Shown here: in pieces, positions 55,345-64,000 of the stretch
Layout of the letters: every line of letters begins with the position of its first letter
Numbering within the stretch: position 1 is the first letter of the stretch
From: Phycisphaerales bacterium
Lineage (GTDB): Bacteria; Planctomycetota; Phycisphaerae; UBA1845
Assembly: GCA_020348265.1 (NCBI GenBank)
Contig: CP070744.1
Location: 5,370,772-5,434,771, forward strand
Direction of reading: 5' to 3'
DNA length: 64,000 nucleotides
The notes under the pieces: model-generated
Database searches by the model: none
What the model saw: the letters and a program-made list of their open reading frames with translations, nothing else
What the model was told of the DNA's origin: nothing
Made by a program: the position numbers and the translations under genes

Positions 55345-55536
55345 TCACTCATTGCCTTCGGATGCTTCATCAAGATCCTCGGGTCTGGCGGGTTCGGTTA
55401 TCGTGTACGACCCGTCGAGCCACCTGCCCAGGTCCACGAGCTTGCAGCGCTGGCAACAGAAGGGACGCCAGGGTGCATCCTCCTTCTCAGCTACTATGAC
55501 CCTCTTGCTGCAGGTTGGACACTCGTAGGTCGGCAT
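55345..55536 (-). CDS. yacG: DNA gyrase inhibitor YacG (zinc finger)
   Basis: CPTCSKRV...WRPFCCQRCKLVDLGRWL matches the YacG pattern CPxC...RPFCSxRCxxIDLGxW. Confidence 0.8.
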   Translation of the reverse strand: MPTYECPTCSKRVIVAEKEDAPWRPFCCQRCKLVDLGRWLDGSYTITEPARPEDLDEASEGNE

Positions 55537-55679
55537 CGGTTCCTCCCGGATCGGCGCGGAATCGCCGCGTCTTTTTCGCTCTTCGTGCCGGATGCGGCGC
55601 GCCTGACCGGTCGACTCGGAGTCAAGCTACAGAGAATGATCACACCTGACTGTGCAGGGGCTGTGCTCACGCTTGGAGG

Positions 55680-55705
55680 TCCGCGCGGGCCAAAGCCCGC
55701 GGCTC
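55680..55705. repeat. REP-like GC hairpin, family B (27 nt downstream of the fmdB stop)
   Basis: The reverse complement GAGCCGCGGGCTTTGGCCCGCGCGGA compares with GAGCCGCGGGCTTGAGCCCGCGCGGT at 35978-36003. Confidence 0.5.
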
Positions 55706-55731
55706 GTGTTTTCGGTGCGTGCTACGTGCCC

Positions 55732-56070
55732 TCAGTCAGCGGACACGGATTCCTTCTTCTTTGACGATTCGACCTTTTTGCCGTCTTTGGCTTTGGGGGC
55801 CTTGCCGTTGCCGTCGGACTTGTCGGTAGTTGCCTTCTTATCCGCCTCGGCACCTTTCTTGTAGCTCTCGCTGCGGTAGTCGGTCTCGTAGAAGCCGGAC
55901 CCTTTGAAGATGACCCCCGCCCCCCTGCCGATCAGGCGTGTCACTTGAGCGTTGCAGTCGCATTGGGGGTCATCGGCCTTGCGCAGTTTTCGCCTGACCG
56001 GCTCGGTGATCCCCTGAAAGACTTCGGTTATGGTCCCGCACCTGGTGCACTCATATTCGTAAGTGGGCAT
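55732..56070 (-). CDS. FmdB-family zinc-ribbon protein with a Lys-rich tail
   Basis: MPTYEYECTRCG...CDC...GSGFY is the canonical FmdB/CxxC_CxxC_SSSS N-terminus. Confidence 0.8.
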   Translation of the reverse strand: MPTYEYECTRCGTITEVFQGITEPVRRKLRKADDPQCDCNAQVTRLIGRGAGVIFKGSGFYETDYRSESYKKGAEADKKATTDKSDGNGKAPKAKDGKKVESSKKKESVSAD

Positions 56071-56082
56071 TACGGCAGTTCC

Positions 56083-56811
56083 TTACTTACGTTTCTTCTT
56101 TTTCTTCTTCTTTCCATCTTCCTGATCCGCTGGGGCATCCTCTTGTGCTTCTTCCTGATCTTCAACCGCCTTGGACACAATCACTTTCGCAGGGCGAAGG
56201 ATGCGATCACGCAAGCGGTAGCCCTTGGCAACCTCCTGCAACACCGTATTCGATGGATGATCGTCCGAAGGCTGCTGCATCATCGCTTCGTGTATGTGAG
56301 GGTCGAATGCCTCCCCAGCCGCCTGGATCGATTCGAGGCCGTGCAGGCGTAGCGCTTTTAGGAAGTTGTCGTACACCAGCCTTACACCGTCGACCACCGA
56401 AGCCAGGTTGTCGGAATCCTGAGCTGCTTCGAGAGATCGCTCGAAATCATCCAACACACCCACGAGCGAGCGCATCAACTCCGCATTGGCGAACCCGACA
56501 GCCTCACTGCGCTCTTGGGTCGATCGGCGCTGAAGGTTCTGATAGTCCGCTTTGGCCCGCAGGAGACTGTCTTCCAATGAAGCGACCTTCGCCTGCAATT
56601 CCTCGAGCGGGTCAACCGGCTGCTCTTCCGCCTCACCGGCCCCGTCTTCATCCTCATCGACGTCGGCTCGCGTCTCTTCCGTTTGTGCCTCAGTCGCGGC
56701 TTGCCCCGAGTCCTCACTCGCGTTGAGCCCCTCGGCGTCTTCAGTCTCGACCAACTGGGCCTCGCCCTCGAGGGTCTTCTGTGTATCCGTATTGTTCAGC
56801 TTATCGTTCAT
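56083..56811 (-). CDS. grpE: Nucleotide exchange factor GrpE
   Basis: LRAKADYQNLQRRSTQE...LDDFERSL...GYRLRDRILRPAKV. It has an acidic N-terminus and a poly-Lys C-terminus. Confidence 0.9.
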   Translation of the reverse strand: MNDKLNNTDTQKTLEGEAQLVETEDAEGLNASEDSGQAATEAQTEETRADVDEDEDGAGEAEEQPVDPLEELQAKVASLEDSLLRAKADYQNLQRRSTQERSEAVGFANAELMRSLVGVLDDFERSLEAAQDSDNLASVVDGVRLVYDNFLKALRLHGLESIQAAGEAFDPHIHEAMMQQPSDDHPSNTVLQEVAKGYRLRDRILRPAKVIVSKAVEDQEEAQEDAPADQEDGKKKKKKKRK

Positions 56812-56827
56812 GGCGTCTTGCAGTTAT

Positions 56828-57967
56828 TCACCCGGACGGTTTGCCGTCCGCATCGCCGGAAAGATAATCCATGAGTCTGTCAAAAAAGCCCTTCGACTCC
56901 GGCAGGACCGACTTATCTTCGGTCTGCGCGAAATCACGAAGTAAGCTCTCTTGTGCCTTGCTCAGCTTCTTGGGTATCTCAATCATGACCTGGACGATTT
57001 CATCACCCCTGGCACGGGTGCGCATATCAGGCAGGCCCAGGCCTCTAAGACGAAACAGTTGCCCGTGCTGCGTGCCCGCGGGGATCTTGAGCTCGGCCTT
57101 GCCCGTGAGCGTCGGCACCTCCACTTTCGCGCCTAGTGAAGCTTGCGTAAAAGTGATGGGCATTCTGCATACCAGCTCATTGTTGTGGCGTTCGAGGAAG
57201 GGATGCTGGGTCACCCGCACGTAGCAGTGCAAGTCGCCCCGCGCCGCCCCGTCCTCGGAAGGTTCTCCCTCGCCGCGAATTCGTACCGCCTGTCCGTCGT
57301 GGATTCCTGCGGGGATCTGCACGCTCACAACCCGGTGCTTCATGATTCTGCCCGAGCCGCGACAGGAACTGCACGGTGTGACCACCATCGTGCCTCTTCC
57401 TTGGCAGTTGGGGCAAGCGGTTATCATCCGCCCAAACAGGGCTCCGAACCCGCTGGCTTGCTCGACCTTGCCGTAGCCCCCGCATGTTCCGCAGGTCTGG
57501 CGTTGCGAACCCGGCGCCGCCCCAGAGCCCCCGCAGGTGTCGCAGGAATCACGACGGGAGAACTCGATGGATCGTTCGGCTCCGCGGGCGACCTCCGCCA
57601 GGGTCAAGGCGACCTCCGTCTGCAGATCCGCACCGCGGCTTCGTCCACGATGTCCCCCGCCGAAGATGTCGGTGAACATCGAGAAGATGTCGTCGACCTG
57701 CATGTGCGAGAAGTCGTGCAGGCCCGCACCACTGAGGCCATCGTGCCCGAAGCGATCGTAGCGTTGGCGCTTCTCCGGGTCGGAGAGGACTTCGTAGGCT
57801 TCGGCGGCTTCTTTGAACTTGCTCTCCGCGTCGGGGTCTTGTTGATTGCGATCCGGGTGGAACTTGTGCGCTCTGCGGCGATAGGACTTCTTTATCTCTT
57901 CAGGCGAAGCGTCCCGGGCTACGCCGAGCACTTCGTATAAATCCCGTTTGCCACCTGCCACAGCCAT
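56828..57967 (-). CDS. dnaJ: Molecular chaperone DnaJ
   Basis: J domain (DLYEVLGV...HPDRN), a G/F region, and four CxxCxGxG zinc motifs. Confidence 0.95.
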   Translation of the reverse strand: MAVAGGKRDLYEVLGVARDASPEEIKKSYRRRAHKFHPDRNQQDPDAESKFKEAAEAYEVLSDPEKRQRYDRFGHDGLSGAGLHDFSHMQVDDIFSMFTDIFGGGHRGRSRGADLQTEVALTLAEVARGAERSIEFSRRDSCDTCGGSGAAPGSQRQTCGTCGGYGKVEQASGFGALFGRMITACPNCQGRGTMVVTPCSSCRGSGRIMKHRVVSVQIPAGIHDGQAVRIRGEGEPSEDGAARGDLHCYVRVTQHPFLERHNNELVCRMPITFTQASLGAKVEVPTLTGKAELKIPAGTQHGQLFRLRGLGLPDMRTRARGDEIVQVMIEIPKKLSKAQESLLRDFAQTEDKSVLPESKGFFDRLMDYLSGDADGKPSG

Positions 57968-57997
57968 CCCTCGCCAATCCTCGCTTCATGGCAAGCA

Positions 57998-58023
57998 AAG
58001 GGCGGACATAAGCGTCCGCCCTT
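57998..58023 (-). promoter_or_regulatory. Perfect 10-bp intercistronic stem-loop between groEL and dnaJ
   Basis: AAGGGCGGAC-ATAAGC-GTCCGCCCTT, located 25 nt after the groEL stop and 31 nt before the dnaJ start. There is no strong U-run. Confidence 0.5.
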
Positions 58024-58047
58024 ACAAACCCTTGCCGATCATCGTTA

Positions 58048-59658
<1,611 letters not shown>

Positions 59659-59713
59659 AGCCGACTCCTCTTATGTTTCACACACGGCCGAGAGTTGCGC
59701 CGTGATAAGGTCA

Positions 59714-60034
59714 TTACTTATCCACGATAGCCAGAATGTCGTTCTCGCGGAGCACAACGTACTTGTCCGTGTCGAAATCGATTTCAGTGCCCGCGTACTT
59801 ACCGTAGAACACCTCATCTCCGATGCGGACTGACATCTCGCCTCTGTTGCCGCTGTCCAGCAACTTGCCTGGGCCGGATGCAACGATGATGCCGCGTTGG
59901 GGTTTCTCCCGGGCGGTATCGGGCAGGATGATGCCCCCGACGGTGGTTTCCTCCGCCTCGCAGGGCTGAACAAGAACTCGGTCGTCCATGGGACGGAACT
60001 TGATCTTCTTCTTGGATGCAGTTGCAGTTGCCAT
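59714..60034 (-). CDS. groES: Co-chaperonin GroES
   Basis: 106 aa: [10 protein letters not shown]...[16 protein letters not shown]...[11 protein letters not shown]. Confidence 0.95.
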   Translation of the reverse strand: MATATASKKKIKFRPMDDRVLVQPCEAEETTVGGIILPDTAREKPQRGIIVASGPGKLLDSGNRGEMSVRIGDEVFYGKYAGTEIDFDTDKYVVLRENDILAIVDK

Positions 60035-60147
60035 TCTCGTGCTTCTCCGTGTAGTTGTCTGTCCGGGCGTGCCGATGAGCCCGGAAGGTCAGGTCATTTG
60101 TTTTCAGCTAATCTCGCTTTCAACGGCGCCTTCTCAAAGGAACCGGC

Positions 60148-61788
60148 TTACATCATGTCGTAGTCTTCATCGCCCATTCCCGGGGGGCCCGCTTCGCCGT
60201 CTTCCTCCGTTGGCTTCTCGGAGATGCAGACGTCCGTGCTCAGCAGGATGCGGGCGACGCTGCTGGCGTTCTCCAGCGCGGTTCGCACAACCTTAGTGGG
60301 ATCGATCACCCCGTCCTTGATCAGATCGGTGAAGTCGCCCGTGTCGGCGTTGAAACCGAATGCCCCGCTCTCAGCTTCGACTTTGTGCTGAACCACACCC
60401 GGGTTCATGCCGGCGTTGGAGGCAATCTGTCGCAAAGGCTCGATCAGCGCTTCACGAACCACATCCGCGCCGGTTCGCTCATCACCCTTGAGCTTCAGGT
60501 CATCGAGCGCCGCAGACGCCCGCATAAGCGCGACGCCTCCGCCCGCGACTATTCCCTCTTCGATAGCCGCCCGGGTGGCGTGAAGCGCGTCTTCCACGCG
60601 GGCTTTCTTCTCTTTCAGCTCGGTTTCCGTAGCGGCGCCGACCTTTATCAGGGCTACGCCGCCCACCAGCTTCGCCCTCCGCTCTTCCAGCTTCTCGCGG
60701 TCGTAGTCGGAAGTGGTGTTCTCAATTTCCGAGGTAATCTGCGTTATACGGGCCTGGATCGCCTCGGTTGCACCAGCCCCTTCCACGATAGTGGTGTCGT
60801 TGGCATCTATGCGGATCTTTTTGGCCTGTCCAAGCTCTGTGACAGAGAGCTTCTCGAGATCGATGCCCAGGTCCTTCATGATCGCGGTCGCACCGGTTAA
60901 TGCCGCGATATCCTCGAGCATGGCCTTGCGGCGATCACCGTAACCGGGAGCCTTCACGCAGCAAACGTCAAGAATGCCGCGCAGTTTGTTGACTACCAGA
61001 GTCGCGAGGGCTTCGCTCTCGACATCTTCCGCGATGATCAACAGAGGGCGTTTCGCCTTGGCGACCTTCTCCAGCAAGGGTACCAGCTTGGGTACACTGC
61101 TGATCTTGTCTTCATGGATTAAGACGAAGGCTTTTTCCAGTACGCATTCGACCGTGTCTTGGTTGGTCACGAAGTGCGGAGAGAGGAAACCGCGATCGAA
61201 CTGCATTCCCTCGACAACCTCCATCTCCGTGTCCGAAGTCTTTCCTTCCTCAACGGTGATGACCCCGTCCTTGCCGACCTTGTCAAAGGCATCCGCAAGA
61301 AGTTTGCCGATGGTCTGATCGTTGTTCGCGGAAATCGCCGCTACATTTATAATGTCCTCGCGCTTACTCACCCGCACCGGTCGAGAAGCATCCTTCAATG
61401 CCTCGACCACCTTCCGCACCGCTTTTTCGATTCCGCGATTTAGGGAGTTGTTGTCGGCCCCGGCGGCTACGTTCTTCAAACCGGCCTTGAAGATCGCCTC
61501 TGCCAAGATAGTGGCGGTGGTTGTTCCGTCGCCGGCCACTTCGCTAGTCTTACTGGCCGCCTCTTTGACGAGCTGAGCGCCCATGTTCTCGTACTTATCG
61601 CTTAGCTCGACCTCCTCAGCTACGGTGACCCCGTCTTTGGTGACGTTGGGGCCTCCCCAGCCTTTGTCGAGGACCGCGTTGCGGCCACGAGGACCGAGCG
61701 TCGACTTGACCGCGCTGGCGAGCTTCTCGACACCCGTCCACAGGGACCGTCGTGCCTCCTGATCGTAGGCCAACTGCTTGACCGCCAT
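60148..61788 (-). CDS. groEL: Chaperonin GroEL (copy upstream of groES)
   Basis: 546 aa with the canonical GroEL sequence ([25 protein letters not shown]). It has an acidic C-terminal tail ...[10 protein letters not shown]. Confidence 0.95.
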   Translation of the reverse strand: MAVKQLAYDQEARRSLWTGVEKLASAVKSTLGPRGRNAVLDKGWGGPNVTKDGVTVAEEVELSDKYENMGAQLVKEAASKTSEVAGDGTTTATILAEAIFKAGLKNVAAGADNNSLNRGIEKAVRKVVEALKDASRPVRVSKREDIINVAAISANNDQTIGKLLADAFDKVGKDGVITVEEGKTSDTEMEVVEGMQFDRGFLSPHFVTNQDTVECVLEKAFVLIHEDKISSVPKLVPLLEKVAKAKRPLLIIAEDVESEALATLVVNKLRGILDVCCVKAPGYGDRRKAMLEDIAALTGATAIMKDLGIDLEKLSVTELGQAKKIRIDANDTTIVEGAGATEAIQARITQITSEIENTTSDYDREKLEERRAKLVGGVALIKVGAATETELKEKKARVEDALHATRAAIEEGIVAGGGVALMRASAALDDLKLKGDERTGADVVREALIEPLRQIASNAGMNPGVVQHKVEAESGAFGFNADTGDFTDLIKDGVIDPTKVVRTALENASSVARILLSTDVCISEKPTEEDGEAGPPGMGDEDYDMM

Positions 61789-62263
61789 GTTGCCTATCTC
61801 CTGTTTATGTCAGCCAAAACCATCTATACCCGTTCTTCCACCCACCGGGCCCGGTCTGAAGGTCAGGCTCCGCGCACCGGTAGCAAATGACCTGCTGCAT
61901 GCTACGGACCAGCGGGGCGATAAAGATGGCCCAGCCGTAAGTTATTGATTCACAGTGGTTTACGCGCGCTCCTGACGTTCCGGCTACGTCCGTGGCGGCT
62001 GCCAGCTTGGCAGGAAGGCGTGCTGATGGGCCGGTGACGTGCCAAATTGACAGCAGCACTGCGCCGGCGAATCCGCAAGCCCGGGATGCCGTTGTGATGC
62101 GGTTGACCGCGGACTACCATCGGGGAATGACTGCCCGGCTGAACAACTGGCTTCTTCGTACTCAACACCCCACTTTACGCTTTCCCCATGCCGCCTGTAT
62201 GCCGCCGCCGGTTGTCGTTAGCTTGCAGGGCGTCGGGCGACTCCTCGATGGGGCACGCCTGCG

Positions 62264-62737
62264 ATGACTCAAGAGGTGATTACCGTTCGATCCGCAACCT
62301 TCGACGACCTCGACACGATCGCGGCGTTCAACCAGGCAATGGCCCTGGAAACCGAGAACAAGACCCTCGATCCTCACGTCGCCACCGCCGGCGTGAAGGC
62401 CGGATTGACTGATCCTGGCAAGTGTATGTTCTTCGTTGCAGAGGTCGCGGGCACCGTAGCCGGTCAAGCCATGATTACGACCGAATGGAGCGACTGGCAC
62501 AACGGTTTCTTCTGGTGGATTCAAAGCGTCTATGTCGAGATTGCTTATCGCCGTCGCGGTGTGTTCCGCAAGCTCTACGACTACATCCACGACATGGCCC
62601 GGGGTCGCCATGACGTATGCGGCCTGAGACTCTACGTGCATCGCGACAACAAGCAGGCTCTCAATGCGTATCGAGAAATCGGCATGACCCTCACCGACTA
62701 TCTCCTCTGCGAGGAGGAATGGGCAGCGGGTTCGTGA
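62264..62737 (+). CDS. GNAT-family N-acetyltransferase
   Basis: 157 aa with an acetyl-CoA motif region IQSVYVEIAYRRRGVFRKLYDYI (Q/RxxGxG/A-like). Confidence 0.8.
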   Translation: MTQEVITVRSATFDDLDTIAAFNQAMALETENKTLDPHVATAGVKAGLTDPGKCMFFVAEVAGTVAGQAMITTEWSDWHNGFFWWIQSVYVEIAYRRRGVFRKLYDYIHDMARGRHDVCGLRLYVHRDNKQALNAYREIGMTLTDYLLCEEEWAAGS

Positions 62738-62908
62738 TATTGGCCTCAGCTCAGGCTTGCGCTGGCCGGTGGCTGACACGTCTCGGCAGCGACATCGGTG
62801 TTGGCCGGGTGGCCCATGTCCTTTGCAGGATGTCGCTGTACTGTGGACGACGACCAAAACGCGGGACTCCCCTGTCCGCCTGCCGGATTGCCTGATACAC
62901 TACACTCC

Positions 62909-62981
62909 ATATGTGGCTGTTCATATTGCACCTCCATGTTTTTGAACGGAACATCGAGGTGTAACTATGGCAGCCACATAT
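62909..62981. other. 73-nt imperfect extended hairpin between convergent genes (bidirectional terminator or sRNA candidate)
   Basis: ATATGTGGCTG...CACCTC-CATGTT-TTTGAACGG-AACATC-GAGGTG...CAGCCACATAT. The region looks AT-richer than its flanks. Confidence 0.5.
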
Positions 62982-63044
62982 ACTTACTGTCAAACTATTA
63001 AAGCTCCGCGCGAAATCCTGCTTTGGACGTGGGGGACGACCGTC

Positions 63045-63629
63045 TCATCCGGCAGCGCCCTCACCCTCTGACGGTGCCAAGTCGAGCTCGTCCGCTATGG
63101 ACTGCAGGGCTGTTATGCAGTTTCCAATGTGCTCGGGCAGCGGCATCTCAATCAGCTCCGCTCCGGCGTAGATGTCTTCGCGTGACACTGCTGCTGCGAA
63201 GGCCTTTTGTTTGAGTTTCTTGACGATGCTCTTGGGTTTCATTCCTTCAAGCCGCTCGGGTCTTACGAGTGCCGCAGCGTGTATGAGGCCGCATAGCTCA
63301 TCGACGGCGTAGAGGGTTTTGCGGATGGGTCGATCACGGGGGTAGTCCTCGAGGTTCCAGGGTACGTGGGAGAGCATCGCCCCGATGACTTCCTCATCGC
63401 AACCGGCATCGCGCAGTATCTTAGCCCCCTCGCGGGTATGCTCGGGTGGCTCCGGCCAGCGCTCGTAGTCGTAGTCGTGGAGCAACCCAGCCATACCCCA
63501 TTGCTCCTCGTCTTCACCATTGAGTTTCGCGTAATGGCGCATCGCCGCTTCCACGCACAGCCCGTGACGGACCAGAGCCGGATTCTTCGTATATTCGTTC
63601 AGTATTTCCCAGGCCTTCTCGCGGTTCAT
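63045..63629 (-). CDS. HD-domain phosphohydrolase
   Basis: HGLCVEAAMRHYA...GLLHDYDYERWP (an HD motif). The start is set at ATG 63629 (MNREKAWEIL); the track ORF extends to 63737. Confidence 0.8.
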   Translation of the reverse strand: MNREKAWEILNEYTKNPALVRHGLCVEAAMRHYAKLNGEDEEQWGMAGLLHDYDYERWPEPPEHTREGAKILRDAGCDEEVIGAMLSHVPWNLEDYPRDRPIRKTLYAVDELCGLIHAAALVRPERLEGMKPKSIVKKLKQKAFAAAVSREDIYAGAELIEMPLPEHIGNCITALQSIADELDLAPSEGEGAAG

Positions 63630-63767
63630 CGCTAGTACCTCGCTATCGTTTGGTCGCGCTGCAGTGGCGTCAGTCTCTTGGAGCGCACCCTTTGACACGC
63701 TCTGTCTATAAGGTATTATCGTATCCATTCGTGTCATGCTGTCTACCCGCAGATCCGGGGAGCTGTT

Positions 63768-64000
63768 TTGTCGTCACGAGAACGAGAGAGCTTTGACGCC
63801 ACCGAGTTGCCGGTAGTCCTCAGCCACTACGATCTCGGGGTTATCGAATCGATCACGGTTTTTCCCAAAGGTTCGCGGCGTAGTCCCAAGGTGGGAATCG
63901 TCGCCGGGCGGGGTAAGTACCTTTTGAAGAGACGCGCCGCTGCTCGCGCACATCCCGACCGGGTCCGCTTTGCCCACCGGGTTCATGAGCATGTTGCCGC
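63768..64000 (+). CDS. Phosphotransferase (APH / homoserine-kinase-II-like) family protein, 3'-truncated by the window edge
   Basis: This ORF is not in the supplied track. The frame is open from 63711 to the window end. TTG 63768 is preceded by GGGGAG. The translation ...FDATELPVVLSHYDLGVIESITVFPKGSRRSPKVGIVAGRGKYLLKRR... has the typical N-terminus of this kinase-like family. Confidence 0.55.
   Translation, partial: MSSRERESFDATELPVVLSHYDLGVIESITVFPKGSRRSPKVGIVAGRGKYLLKRRAAARAHPDRVRFAHRVHEHVA

Noticed and set aside
59659-62000. CIRCE (TTAGCACTC-N9-GAGTGCTAA) or HAIR operators, or a clear sigma-32 promoter, upstream of groEL, groES and dnaJ.
   Set aside because: Reading both strands of the leaders by eye found no match beyond trivial fragments. 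Only weak CTTACG...CCCCGCTG resemblance exists at about 61900-61930, which is not enough to call.
63774-63992. 72-aa minus-strand ORF at the right edge.
   Set aside because: The opposite strand encodes a recognisable phosphotransferase-family N-terminus with an SD and a TTG start. The minus ORF is judged to be its shadow.

Overview
GC-rich bacterial chromosomal segment with about 50 protein genes, one tRNA-Leu, and no rRNA, CRISPR array, integrase or transposase that I can see. The gene content suggests a Planctomycetota/PVC-type organism, but this is inference only. That content includes a PEP-CTERM protein, dockerin-like and TSP3 secreted proteins, an HTH-EIIA regulator, two groEL copies, an ECF sigma module, and membrane proteins with N-terminal zinc ribbons.

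Most of the window is housekeeping:
- murQ / GHL10 / ROK amino-sugar cluster
- aroC
- sdhCAB
- two hsp20 genes
- a groEL-groES-groEL-dnaJ-grpE-fmdB chaperone block
- pepF, yacG, an OPT transporter, a CaCA antiporter and an M19 dipeptidase

Items worth a second look:
1. A solitary NB-ARC/STAND NTPase with kinesin-light-chain-type TPRs and an unassigned helical N-terminal domain (5222-7807). It is followed by a cluster of palindromic repeats.
2. Two intergenic REP-like palindrome families, found at 3 and 2 sites in the window.
3. A tandem pair of Cys-rich secreted paralogs carrying TSP3 and dockerin-like modules (49854-52978). Their C-terminal module recurs on a roughly 14-blade beta-propeller protein (36176-38416).
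4. A decayed PLP-decarboxylase gene and an inverted remnant of a sulfatase-like gene.
5. A chaperone block with no dnaK, hrcA or CIRCE, but with a shared hairpin plus 10-mer upstream of groEL and groES.

No canonical defence system, prophage or CRISPR was recognised. The STAND gene is the only defence-like candidate, and that call is inferential. All functional calls rest on motif recognition by eye, not on database searches.
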